The position numbers were made by a program, and so were the translations under genes. Shown in pieces: positions 1-10,111 of a stretch of DNA of 64,000 nucleotides (positions are counted from its first letter, which is position 1; each line of letters begins with the position of its first letter). This DNA is from an uncultured Armatimonadetes bacterium (GTDB taxonomy: Bacteria > Armatimonadota > UBA5829 > DTJY01), in contig OY970325.1 in NCBI GenBank assembly GCA_963717145.1, positions 1,760,001-1,824,000 on the forward strand, written 5' to 3'. Under the pieces are notes generated by a model that made no database searches, had not been told where the DNA came from, and saw only the letters and a program-made list of their open reading frames with translations.

Positions 1-2082
1 ACTGCGCCTGTGGTGCGGATTGATCCCACTACCAGATACATCCACGTCACGTACGAGGTGCCCGCGACCGCGCCCGATGAGGTCGTCGCCAACTGCTCGT
101 GGTCCCCGAGTGGCAAAGACGACTGGCGGCCGGCCAGGGTGACTCCGCTCCTCTCGGATACGGGATATGTCCTCGCAACCGCCGCAGACTGGGCACAATG
201 GTCTGCGGGGAAGATCACCGAGCGACGTGCCGCCAGCCTCAGACGCACGGTCATCTTCGACCCCTACCCCGAGACGCAGACGAACGGGCTGGTCGACGCC
301 GATCTCCGCATCGATATCCGCACGAGCGACGGTGCGCTTCTCGACACTCAGACCGTGCGTCTCACGGCTGACAACTCCGATGTGGTCTACATCGAGGACT
401 GGTCGAAGTTGTTGCAGCAGGACGCTATCTCCTCAGAGGACATTACGGGTAAGTGGCAGTGGCGCACCGGGCAGGAGGGCGTCTCGTTCGGGAACGCGCT
501 CTATGGCAAGGCGGGAACCGCACTGCCTCAACTGACCTATCCGCTCGATCTCAAGGGACGATACGCAGTCTTCGTCTGCTCGAGCCCAGGCGCTGGGCAG
601 ATCGGCTTGAGGTTCACCGGCGATGAGCGGACGGAGTACCTGTCGTCCCCACGTCCGCATCGGGAGGTCCTCTGGCGATGGACGAGCATGGACCGCCAGC
701 ACCTCGTCCTCAGGCAGCGGCATCTCTACTCCGGCTGGGCCGCCGCTCACATCGACTACGTGAAGCTCGTGCCGCTCACTCAGAGTCTGACAAAGGACTT
801 GAACGACATGTATTCGGGCGAGCACGACAAGTTCGTTGCCGCGTACTTCGAGCCGTATTCATGGGCCTTCCACGAGGATGTCCACGATACTCTTCAGCAC
901 CGGGAGCCGCTCACGGCGTTCAGGGACGCGCAGGTCGATCTCGTCGATGTTCAGGTGGGCCGGTTCGGGGCGAAGGTCGTTTATGAGTCGAGGCTGACCG
1001 ACCAGTTGCTTTACGGGACGATCGGCGATCCGATCGACGGCAAGATCCCCGAGACCGGCAATGTGGGCCGAATGCAGCAGTACACCAACACACTCGACGC
1101 CGAACTACGGTATGCCGGGGAGTTGGGGTTGACCGCCCACGCGAACTTCGGCGCGACGAACTGCTATCCGGGCACTCCGCTCCAGGGCGATTTCTCGAAA
1201 GAGCACCCGGAGTGGATGCAGGGTTCCGCTCTGAGATATGACGTGCCCGAAGTGCGCAAGTACGCCATCAGCCTGTTCCGGGAGGCGGTCGAGATCGGCG
1301 CGCCCGGGATCTCGATCGACTTCTGCCGATATCCCGACGGAATCGACAAGCCGGTGACCTGCACGACGTTCCTCCGAGAGCTTCGGGAGGCGGTCGGCTC
1401 GAAAGTTCCGATCCTGATCCGCTTCCCGGCGACGGGCGTGCGGCTCTGGGAGAGATTCGACTACAAGACCTGGGTGCGCGAGGGCCTGGTCGACTTCCTT
1501 TGCCCTAGCACCATCCAGGGTCGGCATAGCAACTTCGATATCAAACCGTATGTCGAGGCGGTTCGTGGATCGAAATGCAGGCTCCTTCCGGTCGTCGATG
1601 CGATCGGCTGGGGGCCGACCATACCCGGGCCGTTCCTCCAGCGAACGAAGCAGCTCTACGACGCAGGCGCGGACGGCATCGACATCTACCAGGCGGACGG
1701 CCCGATCGTCCACTCCCCGGTCAATCGCCGATACGTGCGCATCGCCGGGAGCACGGATGCGCTCAAGCGGTGGTGGCAGGAGGACGAGCGCCTCCGACCC
1801 GAGTGCAGCAAGGGGATCTACGTCACCTCACCGATGGGTGAGAACTCATACAAGCGGTATCAGCGCCTCCGTGTATGGCTCGAGGGCATACCGATGGGCG
1901 AGGTGGAGTTGCACCTCGATGACAAGCTTGTGAGCCGGTTCGACAAGCCGCCATATCTGCTCGGGACGGAGGAGTATGAGTCCGACAGCGTGATTCCTCC
2001 GGGCGAGCACTCGCTCCGGATTCGGGCGCGTGACGGCGACGGGTGGCTCGAGCAGACCTTCACGGTCCAAGGCAGCCAGTGA
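1..2082 (+). CDS. Glycoside hydrolase-like TIM-barrel protein (GHL10/DUF187-like) with C-terminal Ig-like domain; 5' partial
   Basis: Frame is open from base 1. Motifs FSKEHPEW..LRYDVPEVR, GISIDFCRYP, DYKTWVREGLVD and GADGI; C-terminal KPPY...PGEHSLRIRARD is Big-like. Confidence 0.6.
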   Translation, partial: TAPVVRIDPTTRYIHVTYEVPATAPDEVVANCSWSPSGKDDWRPARVTPLLSDTGYVLATAADWAQWSAGKITERRAASLRRTVIFDPYPETQTNGLVDADLRIDIRTSDGALLDTQTVRLTADNSDVVYIEDWSKLLQQDAISSEDITGKWQWRTGQEGVSFGNALYGKAGTALPQLTYPLDLKGRYAVFVCSSPGAGQIGLRFTGDERTEYLSSPRPHREVLWRWTSMDRQHLVLRQRHLYSGWAAAHIDYVKLVPLTQSLTKDLNDMYSGEHDKFVAAYFEPYSWAFHEDVHDTLQHREPLTAFRDAQVDLVDVQVGRFGAKVVYESRLTDQLLYGTIGDPIDGKIPETGNVGRMQQYTNTLDAELRYAGELGLTAHANFGATNCYPGTPLQGDFSKEHPEWMQGSALRYDVPEVRKYAISLFREAVEIGAPGISIDFCRYPDGIDKPVTCTTFLRELREAVGSKVPILIRFPATGVRLWERFDYKTWVREGLVDFLCPSTIQGRHSNFDIKPYVEAVRGSKCRLLPVVDAIGWGPTIPGPFLQRTKQLYDAGADGIDIYQADGPIVHSPVNRRYVRIAGSTDALKRWWQEDERLRPECSKGIYVTSPMGENSYKRYQRLRVWLEGIPMGEVELHLDDKLVSRFDKPPYLLGTEEYESDSVIPPGEHSLRIRARDGDGWLEQTFTVQGSQ

Positions 2083-2152
2083 CGGCGATCAGTGTAACCG
2101 CTCGCCCCGTTCGTCCGTATGTCGTACCGGTGGCGCGGTGGAAAAAGGCATC

Positions 2153-4888
2153 ATGTTCCGACGACTGCTGATCCTGATCCTGACGGTCCTGTGCATCCCG
2201 TGCACGGCAGGTAGCTTCCTGCCACCGGTCGTCCAAGTTCGCAGAGCGCCGGCCCCTGGTCCGGAATTCCACCACCTGACGATAGATGGCAAGAGAGCAA
2301 GGGAGCTGCCATGGACGCTGGGCAAACAAGCGCCATCGGTGGTAAGCCTGACCAACCTGCACTACAAGGGACTGCCGACTGCTCCGACCGAGATTGTGCT
2401 GACCTACGACGACGAATGCCTCTACGCCCGATTCGACTGCGGAGACGATGTCGCCCCGGTAGCTCAGTACACTGACCACGACGGTCCGGTTTGGCGCGAC
2501 GATTCGGTTGAGATCTTCCTCGACCCCAGACTCGATGGCCGGTCCTTCTTCCATCTGATCACCAATTCCCGGCGGGCACGGTATGAGGAGCAGGGAAGAT
2601 CGGGCAATCCTGGTTCGTGGGACGGACCGTGGGAGGCGATCCCTCGGCAGGCTGACAATGGGTGGAGCGTCGTTGCGGTCATCCCTTTCCGCTCACTGGG
2701 TGTTCCTGCGCCGAAACCGGGGGATACCTGGGGCGCAAATTTCGGACGAAACGACCGGCCTCAGGGTGAACTCAGTTCGTGGTCGCCGGTGCTGGGGCAG
2801 TTCTCTGAGCCCGAGTGGTTCGGGCAGATCGTCTTCGGTGGCTCGCAGGCCCCCATCATCACCGTTGCGCCGCTCGATATCGGCGCTCCCGGGACATATG
2901 AAGTGATCGCGATGGTCTCCAACGCCGGAGGAGGCCCGCTCCCGATGCGCGGCGCGATGCTCGTGGACGGCAAGCCACCCATGCCGGCGAAACCATTGGC
3001 ATACACCGCTTCCAAGGGCGACTCCGAGTGGAAGTTCAGCATCGAGTATCCGCTGGAGGGTCAGCACAAGTTGGCCCTGCAGTTCATCGACTCCGAGGGC
3101 AAGGTCATCATGCGGACGGCCCCGGTTGCAGTCAGTATTCCTGAGCATCGCAGCCGGCTCAGCCGGTTCAGGGAGATCGTGAGAGGGCTGACCCCGCCGT
3201 CCGCGATTGTGGATCAGGTGAAGGCCCTCAAGGTCAAGCTCGGCGCGCTAATCGCTCTAGGGAAGAATGCCGAAGGGAGTCGGGAGAAGTGGGCGGAGTT
3301 CGGCGGGCGACTCGACGCGATCGAGCCGGAGGTCACTCGCGTCAGATATGCTTGCGCGGACACGGCCGGACGCGGATATGTCCTCGGCACGGAGACATCC
3401 CTCACGAAGATCCTGCGCGACCGGTTCTTCAACGGAGAGGTCGGTGCGCCCCTGCGCATCTCAGTAGCAAGGAACGAACACGAGAGTGGACAGGTCGTAC
3501 TGCTTCCATACGGAACGGCGTTGGAGGCAGTCGAAGTATCGGCCTCGGCGCTCGAAGGTCCCGGCGGCGCGGTCATTTCGCCCGACCGTCTGACGCTCAA
3601 CCTAGTGGACTACGTTCGGACCCGCCAGCCGAAGTACGACATCGACTACGTCGGCTGGTGGCCGGATCCACTGATGCCCATGAAGCCGTTCGATGTGCCG
3701 AAGGAGAGCGTCCAGCCGATATGGGTCACGGTCCATCCGTCCGAGCAGACGCCCGCCGGCACATATCGTGGAACTGTCACCATCAAGCCGAAGAACGCGC
3801 CGGAGTCGTCGCTCTCGATCGAGGTGAAGGTCTGGGACTTCGCCCTGCCACTTCAGCCGCACCTGAGGACGGCATTCGCCCTCTTCGAGCACGAGATCGG
3901 CGCATGGTACGGCGGCATGACCGAGGATATCAAGCGCAACTACTACGCCTTCATGCTCGATCACCGGCTTAGCGTCATGAACCTGTACTCAAAGCAGCCG
4001 CTCCCACGCAAGGAAGACATGCAGTTTTGCTTCGACCGCGGAGAGAACTTTCTGACGCTGGCATACACGCACAACAAGGACCAGGCAGACCGCGACGAGC
4101 TTGCATCGATGATCCGTGAGCACAGGGAGTTCATGGAACCGAAGGGTTGGTGGGACGCGGCCTGCATCTACGGCTTCGATGAGGTCAAACCGGACAAGTA
4201 CGGCGAGTTGCGCGACATGTACGGCTGGGTCAAGAAGGAGTTCCCCGATCTGCCCAGGATGTGCACAGTCGCGCCGGCCGGCGAGTTGAAGGGCTCGGTG
4301 GACATCTGGGTTCCGCTGACCTCGAACTACATCGAGAAGGACGCGCGCGAGTTCGAGAACGCGGGCGACAAAGTGTGGTGGTACGTCTGCTGTGTGCCGC
4401 CCCACCCATACCCGAACTTCTTCATCGACTACCCCGCTGTCGATCAACGGATCATCTTCTGGATGAACTGGAAGTACCGAATTCCCGGGTTCCTGTATTA
4501 CGCGGTGAACCTGTGGGAGGTGAACCGGAAGTCGAACGAGCGCTGGCCGGAGGTCGAATGGGACACTCTCTCCTTCGACGAATACAACGGCGACGGCCAG
4601 CTAATGTACCCCGGCCCCGACGGCAAGCCTATCAGCTCGATCAGGCTGGAGTGCATCCGCGACGGTATCGAGGACTACGACTACTTCGCGATCCTGGATG
4701 AACTCGTGAGGAAGGCCGGCCCGAAGACCGACAAGGCGCTCTTGGATATAGCAAGTAAGCTGCTGGCGATAAACGAAGACGTTGTCGGTTCTCCGAGCGA
4801 CTACACGCTCGATCCGACGCTCATACTGCAAACCCGACAAGACGTCGCCGAGGCGATCGAGCGGCTTTCGAAGTCCTCGACTCCTTGA
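2153..4888 (+). CDS. Secreted CBM9-like + DUF4091 (GH123-like) glycoside hydrolase
   Basis: ATG 2153 follows AAAGG and starts a signal peptide. CBM9-like DSVEIFLDP...WSVVAVIPF..LG..PKPGDTWGANFGR; C-terminal GDGQLMYPG..PISSIRLECIRDGIEDYDY. Confidence 0.75.
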   Translation: MFRRLLILILTVLCIPCTAGSFLPPVVQVRRAPAPGPEFHHLTIDGKRARELPWTLGKQAPSVVSLTNLHYKGLPTAPTEIVLTYDDECLYARFDCGDDVAPVAQYTDHDGPVWRDDSVEIFLDPRLDGRSFFHLITNSRRARYEEQGRSGNPGSWDGPWEAIPRQADNGWSVVAVIPFRSLGVPAPKPGDTWGANFGRNDRPQGELSSWSPVLGQFSEPEWFGQIVFGGSQAPIITVAPLDIGAPGTYEVIAMVSNAGGGPLPMRGAMLVDGKPPMPAKPLAYTASKGDSEWKFSIEYPLEGQHKLALQFIDSEGKVIMRTAPVAVSIPEHRSRLSRFREIVRGLTPPSAIVDQVKALKVKLGALIALGKNAEGSREKWAEFGGRLDAIEPEVTRVRYACADTAGRGYVLGTETSLTKILRDRFFNGEVGAPLRISVARNEHESGQVVLLPYGTALEAVEVSASALEGPGGAVISPDRLTLNLVDYVRTRQPKYDIDYVGWWPDPLMPMKPFDVPKESVQPIWVTVHPSEQTPAGTYRGTVTIKPKNAPESSLSIEVKVWDFALPLQPHLRTAFALFEHEIGAWYGGMTEDIKRNYYAFMLDHRLSVMNLYSKQPLPRKEDMQFCFDRGENFLTLAYTHNKDQADRDELASMIREHREFMEPKGWWDAACIYGFDEVKPDKYGELRDMYGWVKKEFPDLPRMCTVAPAGELKGSVDIWVPLTSNYIEKDAREFENAGDKVWWYVCCVPPHPYPNFFIDYPAVDQRIIFWMNWKYRIPGFLYYAVNLWEVNRKSNERWPEVEWDTLSFDEYNGDGQLMYPGPDGKPISSIRLECIRDGIEDYDYFAILDELVRKAGPKTDKALLDIASKLLAINEDVVGSPSDYTLDPTLILQTRQDVAEAIERLSKSSTP

Positions 4889-4899
4889 CCCCTCGACTC

Positions 4900-5043
4900 C
4901 TAGTGCTTGCTCTTGCCCTTGCTCTGCTTCTTTTGCTTCTTCTTCGGCTTGTTGTTGTTCTGGCCGACCGGTTCTTTCAGCGTCTGGTCAATGACTGAGC
5001 CGCCCTTCTTTCCCGACTGTCCCGCCTTGTTGCGATGCGCCAT
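4900..5043 (-). CDS. Small Lys-rich basic protein, 47 aa (MAHRNKAGQSGKKGGSVIDQTLKEPVGQNNNKPKKKQKKQSKGKSKH)
   Basis: Translated by hand. GGAGG RBS 6 nt before the ATG, TAG stop at 4900-4902, fills the intergenic gap. Below the length of ORFs in the track. Confidence 0.7.
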   Translation of the reverse strand: MAHRNKAGQSGKKGGSVIDQTLKEPVGQNNNKPKKKQKKQSKGKSKH

Positions 5044-5106
5044 GTCACACCTCCGAAGACAAGATTCGCTACTGCATACCCAGCGGACGAGGTGCGCAAA
5101 CCGGCC

Positions 5107-7065
5107 CTACTTGCTACACAATTGACACATCCTCAACAGCGCGCCGACACTCCACGCCTGCGCGATGCAGCCCCCGGGTCGATGCGGCGGATCGCCGTCG
5201 AAGACCTCACTGATGCTCCCTACCCCGGCGTCCTTGAGATGCTCGCGGAATGGCGAGAGCAGTCGACGGATGTATCTGCGGTCGCGGTAGACGCGATAGT
5301 GCGCCTCGGCGAAGTGACCCAGCAGCCACGGCCAGACCGTGCCCTGATGATACTCCCGGTCCCGCTCCGACGGCCCACCGCAGTATCGCCCGCAGTACCT
5401 CGAATCGTCCTGCGCGAGAGTCCTGAGCCCGTACGGAGTGAGTAACGCGCGCTCGACGGCATCGACCAGGGCCCTCTTACGGCGGCAATCGAGCGGCGAG
5501 TTTGGCAGCGATACCGCGATGATCTGATTTGGCCGCAGGGATGCGTCATCGCCGTCGGGGCTATCCACAACATCGTAGAGATGGCCGCCATCCTCGCACC
5601 AGAACCTCTGGCCGAAGCTGGTCAGGCATTTTGCGGCGGCGACCTCATAGGGCGCTGAGGGCTTGCCGGCGTGCATCGCCCACGAGCACATCAGGCAGAG
5701 CGCATTGTACCAGAGGGCGTTGATCTCGACCGGCTTCCCGATCCTGGGAGTGATCGGCTGCCCATCCACGCGCGCATCCATCCAGGTGACCTGGCTGCCC
5801 TCTTCACCGGCATGGATCAAGCCATCAGGACACATGTGAATGCCGTGCCGAGTACCCTCCATATGATGCTGCACGATGCCCTCCAGTGTGGGGAACAGAG
5901 CGCTGATGATCGCGCCGTCGCCCGATGCACGCATGTATCCTGCGAGTGCCTCGAAGTACCAGAGGGAGGCATCGGCGGAGTTGTACTCGGCTGATCCGTC
6001 GTCGGTGATGCGGTTGGGGACCAACCCATCCTGAACTCGATCAGCGTGGACGAGGAGGATCTCTCGCGCCTCGGCGTGTCGTCCAGTGCAGAGAAGGATG
6101 CCCGGCATCGAGATCATTGTGTCACGCCCCCAGTCGGTGAACCAGGGATAGCCGGCGTGCAGAGTGTGGGGGTATGGGAGTATGGGAGTATGGGAGTGGG
6201 CAGTCACAAACTGATCGGCGGCGAGCAGTAGGAATTGGCGGAATGGATCCTGTTCGTCGCCGATGATCGCTGTCCGACGCTCGACTTCGCGGTCATAGGC
6301 GACAAGGATGTCGCTGCTGTCTGTATTCTGCATTCCGCAGTCCTCATTCGCCGTTCCCACGAGCCCAAGGGTGTCGCCCGCCTTCATGTCCTCTGCGAAG
6401 GATCCCGGAGCGAAGAGATCCTCGATGCAATCGTCGAATCCACGCTCCCTCTCAGCCCGATAGAGGAAGGAGCGGTATGCATCCGGAGCGGATTTGAACA
6501 CACCGGTGGATGACAAGTGAAGTGTGATGCGCGATGCGCGGTCCGTGACTGAACCGCTCTCATCGTCAACGGTGAACCGCGAGCCGTCGATCCCGACTGT
6601 GTGATATCCCCGGAACGCGCAGAATGGCCTCACGCAGAGCCGCGCGATCCCGGGCGACTCAATTAGCCGGTAGAGGAGGTACACCGTGTTGCTCCCCTGC
6701 TCCATCCAGACCTGCTTTGTGAGCTTGACGCCTGGCAGCACGTACTCCCACGTCGGGATGCCCAGTTCGAGCCGGAAAGAGGCGATGTGCTTGAAGCCCT
6801 TGGGATGGATCGTGCCGTCCGCATACTCATTCGTGCCGAGGGAATGCGTCCTGCCCCCGACCATCAGTTCCTCGTCCACCTTGGAAAGAAGCACCTGTCG
6901 GCCGAGCGGCGCCGGATATGACGCCACCAGCAGGCCGTGGTAGCGGCGTGTATTCGCCCCGACGACGCTCGACGAAGCGTATCCACCGATGCCATTCGTC
7001 ATCAGCCATTCCCGCGAAAGCGCCTCATCTGGATTGTGGAGGATTGTCTTCGGTATCTTCATCAT
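5107..7065 (-). CDS. Glycogen debranching enzyme / amylo-alpha-1,6-glucosidase (GH133-type with GDE_N)
   Basis: REWLMTNGIGGYAS, RRYHGLL, AGYPWFTDWGRDTMI, TWMDA, YHQGTVWPW, GCIAQAWS. Start moved to ATG 7065 because the track start lies within a palindrome. Confidence 0.92.
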   Translation of the reverse strand: MMKIPKTILHNPDEALSREWLMTNGIGGYASSSVVGANTRRYHGLLVASYPAPLGRQVLLSKVDEELMVGGRTHSLGTNEYADGTIHPKGFKHIASFRLELGIPTWEYVLPGVKLTKQVWMEQGSNTVYLLYRLIESPGIARLCVRPFCAFRGYHTVGIDGSRFTVDDESGSVTDRASRITLHLSSTGVFKSAPDAYRSFLYRAERERGFDDCIEDLFAPGSFAEDMKAGDTLGLVGTANEDCGMQNTDSSDILVAYDREVERRTAIIGDEQDPFRQFLLLAADQFVTAHSHTPILPYPHTLHAGYPWFTDWGRDTMISMPGILLCTGRHAEAREILLVHADRVQDGLVPNRITDDGSAEYNSADASLWYFEALAGYMRASGDGAIISALFPTLEGIVQHHMEGTRHGIHMCPDGLIHAGEEGSQVTWMDARVDGQPITPRIGKPVEINALWYNALCLMCSWAMHAGKPSAPYEVAAAKCLTSFGQRFWCEDGGHLYDVVDSPDGDDASLRPNQIIAVSLPNSPLDCRRKRALVDAVERALLTPYGLRTLAQDDSRYCGRYCGGPSERDREYHQGTVWPWLLGHFAEAHYRVYRDRRYIRRLLSPFREHLKDAGVGSISEVFDGDPPHRPGGCIAQAWSVGALLRMCQLCSK

Positions 7066-7072
7066 CCGGCCT

Positions 7073-7153
7073 ACCGACAACGAATACTGAACGAATAAAC
7101 GAATCCTGTGCGGCCGGTAGCATTCGCTTATTCGTTCAGTATTCGTTGTCGGT
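7073..7153. repeat. Intergenic palindrome built from CGAAT subrepeats
   Basis: accgacaacgaatactgaacgaataaacgaat ... attcgcttattcgttcagtattcgttgtcggt, a near-perfect inverted repeat. Confidence 0.85.
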
Positions 7154-7196
7154 CCCTCTTCCCATTATCGGGACGAAAGATAACCGGGCGGAGGTG

Positions 7197-7226
7197 TTGC
7201 CGTTTCTTTCCCTCAACGTTTATAAT
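7197..7226 (+). promoter_or_regulatory. Sigma70-type promoter for the GH2/ABC genes
   Basis: TTGCCG-N18-TATAAT upstream of GGAGG and ATG 7268. Confidence 0.55.
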
Positions 7227-7267
7227 CAACGGGTCACATGACGACCTGAACGGAGGACATACGTATC

Positions 7268-9016
7268 ATGCATCATATCCCGAGACCCGAGCATCCGCGC
7301 CCCGACTTCGAGCGGTCGGCCTGGCAGAACCTCAACGGTGAGTGGCAGTTCGCCATCGACGACTCGAAGTCCGGCCTGGAGAAGGCCTGGCACACCGGAG
7401 TTGAGTTCCCCAAGCGGATCATCGTACCGTTCTGCCCCGAGAGCAAGCTCTCCGGCATCGCGCACACGGACTTCATGAACGCCGTGTGGTATCGACGCTT
7501 GTTCACGCTGGACCAAGCGCTCAAGGGCAAGAGGCTGCTCCTCCATTTCGGCGCTGTCGACTACGATGCCCGCGTTTGGGTCAACGGGAGCGAGGTCGCG
7601 CATCACAGAGGCGGCTACACGCCATTCCACGCCGATATCACCGATGCTCTGAAGGACGGCGAGAACGAGGTCGTCGTCTACGCCGAGGACGACATTCGGA
7701 CCAGCTTCCAACCCTCAGGCAAGCAGTCGCACCAGCTCAACTCCTACGGATGCATGTACACGCGCACGACTGGGATCTGGCAGACCGTGTGGCTGGAATC
7801 CGTCTCCGATACACACGTCTCCTCGATCGCGATCTGGCCCGACGCGGCGAACAGCCTCTTGACCATCGAGATCGGCGTGGACAGACCCGTCTCCGGGGTG
7901 GGCCTCCAAGTGCTTGTTACCTCTGATGGCCAGGAAGTCGCCAAGGCCCAGATCAGGCACGCGGGCGCTCAGACCACGATCACCCTGGAGATCCCCGATG
8001 CCGTCCTGTGGCAGCCGCTCCAGCCCTTCCTCTACGACCTCCGCGTCCGGCTTCTCGATGGTGAGGCGCTCGTGGACGAGGTGTCGTCGTACTTCGGCCT
8101 CCGCGACGTGCGGATCGAGGGCGACCGCGTGCTCATCAACGGCAAGTCGGTCTTCCAGCGGCTCATCCTCGACCAGGGCTTCTGGCCCGATGGGATATAC
8201 ACCGCTCCGTCCGACGAGCAACTCAAGGCCGACATCGAGCGGAGTATCGCCTATGGATACAACGGCGCGCGCCTCCACCAGAAGGTCTTCGAGCCGAGGA
8301 CTATCTACTGGGCGGACAAGCTCGGGTATCTTCTCTGGGGCGAGTTCCCCGACTGGGGTTGCTCGGTGAAGTTCCACGCTCAGTCCCGCGAGAACTTCCT
8401 GCGCGAGTGGCTTGAGGCCGTCCTCCGGGATCGAAACCATCCTGCGATCATCGCCTGGATGCCGCTGAATGAGGCGCACTCCAACGGTGACAGGTATGCA
8501 CCGGTTTTCTTCCAGGAGTTGTACACACTTACACGCCAACTCGATCCATCGAGGCCTGTCCTCGATGCGAGCGGCTACACCCACGTCGTCACGGATATGT
8601 GGGATATCCACGACTACGATCAGGATCCGAAGACCTTCAACGAGCGCTATGCCCCGTTCGGAGCGAACCCGACCGACGAAGCGATCCATAAGAATGACCC
8701 TGACCATGAGCCGACATATCAGGGCCAGCCGTACATCATCAGCGAGTACGGCGGCATCTGGTGGAATCCCGGCCAGACCGACGGCAAGGCGTGGGGATAC
8801 GGCGGTCGTCCTGCGAGCGAGCAGGAATTCATCGAGCGGTACATCGGCCTCGCGAAGGCGCTGCTGGACAATCCGCACATGGCGGGCCTCTGCTACACGC
8901 AGCTCACCGATGTCGAGCAGGAGGTCAACGGCCTCTACACCTACGATCGCAAGCCGAAGTTCGCGCCGGACGTCCTGCGCCCAGCGCTCGACCGCAAGGC
9001 AGCGATCGAGGACTAG
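7268..9016 (+). CDS. Glycoside hydrolase family 2 (beta-galactosidase/glucuronidase-like)
   Basis: RPEHPRPDFER..WQNLNGEWQF, LHFGAVDY, TGIWQTVWLE, RDRNHPAIIAW.PLNE, ISEYGG, YTQLTDVEQE.NGL. Confidence 0.93.
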   Translation: MHHIPRPEHPRPDFERSAWQNLNGEWQFAIDDSKSGLEKAWHTGVEFPKRIIVPFCPESKLSGIAHTDFMNAVWYRRLFTLDQALKGKRLLLHFGAVDYDARVWVNGSEVAHHRGGYTPFHADITDALKDGENEVVVYAEDDIRTSFQPSGKQSHQLNSYGCMYTRTTGIWQTVWLESVSDTHVSSIAIWPDAANSLLTIEIGVDRPVSGVGLQVLVTSDGQEVAKAQIRHAGAQTTITLEIPDAVLWQPLQPFLYDLRVRLLDGEALVDEVSSYFGLRDVRIEGDRVLINGKSVFQRLILDQGFWPDGIYTAPSDEQLKADIERSIAYGYNGARLHQKVFEPRTIYWADKLGYLLWGEFPDWGCSVKFHAQSRENFLREWLEAVLRDRNHPAIIAWMPLNEAHSNGDRYAPVFFQELYTLTRQLDPSRPVLDASGYTHVVTDMWDIHDYDQDPKTFNERYAPFGANPTDEAIHKNDPDHEPTYQGQPYIISEYGGIWWNPGQTDGKAWGYGGRPASEQEFIERYIGLAKALLDNPHMAGLCYTQLTDVEQEVNGLYTYDRKPKFAPDVLRPALDRKAAIED

Positions 9017-9036
9017 CAACTCAACGATTACGCCGG

Positions 9037-9106
9037 CTGTCATTCTGAGCTTGGCGAAGAATCTTGCTCCGCAAGAACAGATTCTTCGCCAAGCTCAGAA
9101 TGACAG
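9037..9106. repeat. REP-like palindrome, TGTCATTCTGAGC family
   Basis: ctgtcattctgagcttggcgaagaatct...agattcttcgccaagctcagaatgacag. The same ends recur at 45676/45843 and 30167. Confidence 0.9.
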
Positions 9107-9145
9107 TCCGGTGGCTCGGTAGTATTCCCCAGGAGGGAAACTGCT

Positions 9146-10108
9146 ATGAAAGCATCGCTCAGACTCGCGATCGTGTTCCTTGCCGTATGCTTGTTACTCT
9201 GCGGATGTGCCCGGAAGCAGGCATCGACCGCGAAGTACAAGATCGGGTTCGCTAACCTCACAGAGGACATGAACTTCTGCGCGGAAGTGCGGACCGGCAT
9301 CGAACGAGCCACGAAGAAGGCTGGCGACATCGAGCTTGTCACCGCCAACAACCGGTACGACGGGGCAACTGCGCTTGCCAACGCAGAGAGCTTCATCAAC
9401 CAGGGGGTCGATCTGGCGATCGAGTTCCAGACCGACGAGAAGTTCGGGCCGGCGCTGATGGAGAAGTTCAACGCCCGCAAGATCCCGGTCATCGCGATCG
9501 ATATCCCCCACCCCGGCGCGATCTACTTCGGCGCAAACAACTACAAGGCCGGGCTCATCGGCGGAGAGGCCGCGGGGATGTATGCAATGAAGCACTGGGG
9601 AGGCAAGGTGGACAAGGTGCTCTCCCTCGAACTCCCGCAGTCCGGCGATGTGCCGGCGAAGAGGATGAAGGGCCAGCTCGACGGCATCAAGAGGCACATC
9701 AAAATCGCCGAGAAGGACATCCTCCATCTCGACAGCAAGAACACACTCGAGGAGACCAAGCGCGTCGTGGGCAACGTGCTGAACACGATGCCGAACGCAC
9801 GACATATCCTCGTCGTGACGATCAACGACGGGACAGCCCTGGGAGCGATCGCGGCACTGGAGATCGCGGGCCGGAAACTTGACGCGGTCGTCTTCGCTCA
9901 GGGCGCTGACGGGAGCGCGAGGCAGGAGATGCGCAAGCCCGGGAGCATCCTGATCGGCTCGGTGGCGTATTTCCCCGAGCGCTATGGCGACTACCTCATC
10001 CCACTGGCGCTGGAGATCCTCGGCGGAAAGAAGCCGAGTCCCGAGAACTTCGTCGATCACGTGCTGATCACCAGGGACAACGTGGAGAAGTACTATCCCC
10101 AGGAGTAG
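9146..10108 (+). CDS. Sugar ABC transporter substrate-binding lipoprotein (RbsB-like)
   Basis: Lipobox LLCGC; KIPVIAIDIPHPGAIYFGANNY; NDGTALGA; SVAYFPERYG. Confidence 0.9.
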   Translation: MKASLRLAIVFLAVCLLLCGCARKQASTAKYKIGFANLTEDMNFCAEVRTGIERATKKAGDIELVTANNRYDGATALANAESFINQGVDLAIEFQTDEKFGPALMEKFNARKIPVIAIDIPHPGAIYFGANNYKAGLIGGEAAGMYAMKHWGGKVDKVLSLELPQSGDVPAKRMKGQLDGIKRHIKIAEKDILHLDSKNTLEETKRVVGNVLNTMPNARHILVVTINDGTALGAIAALEIAGRKLDAVVFAQGADGSARQEMRKPGSILIGSVAYFPERYGDYLIPLALEILGGKKPSPENFVDHVLITRDNVEKYYPQE

Positions 10109-10111
10109 ACG

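Noticed and set aside
4900-5043. Calling the small basic protein a spore SASP
   Set aside because: The similarity is compositional only, and ricT is not evidence of sporulation.
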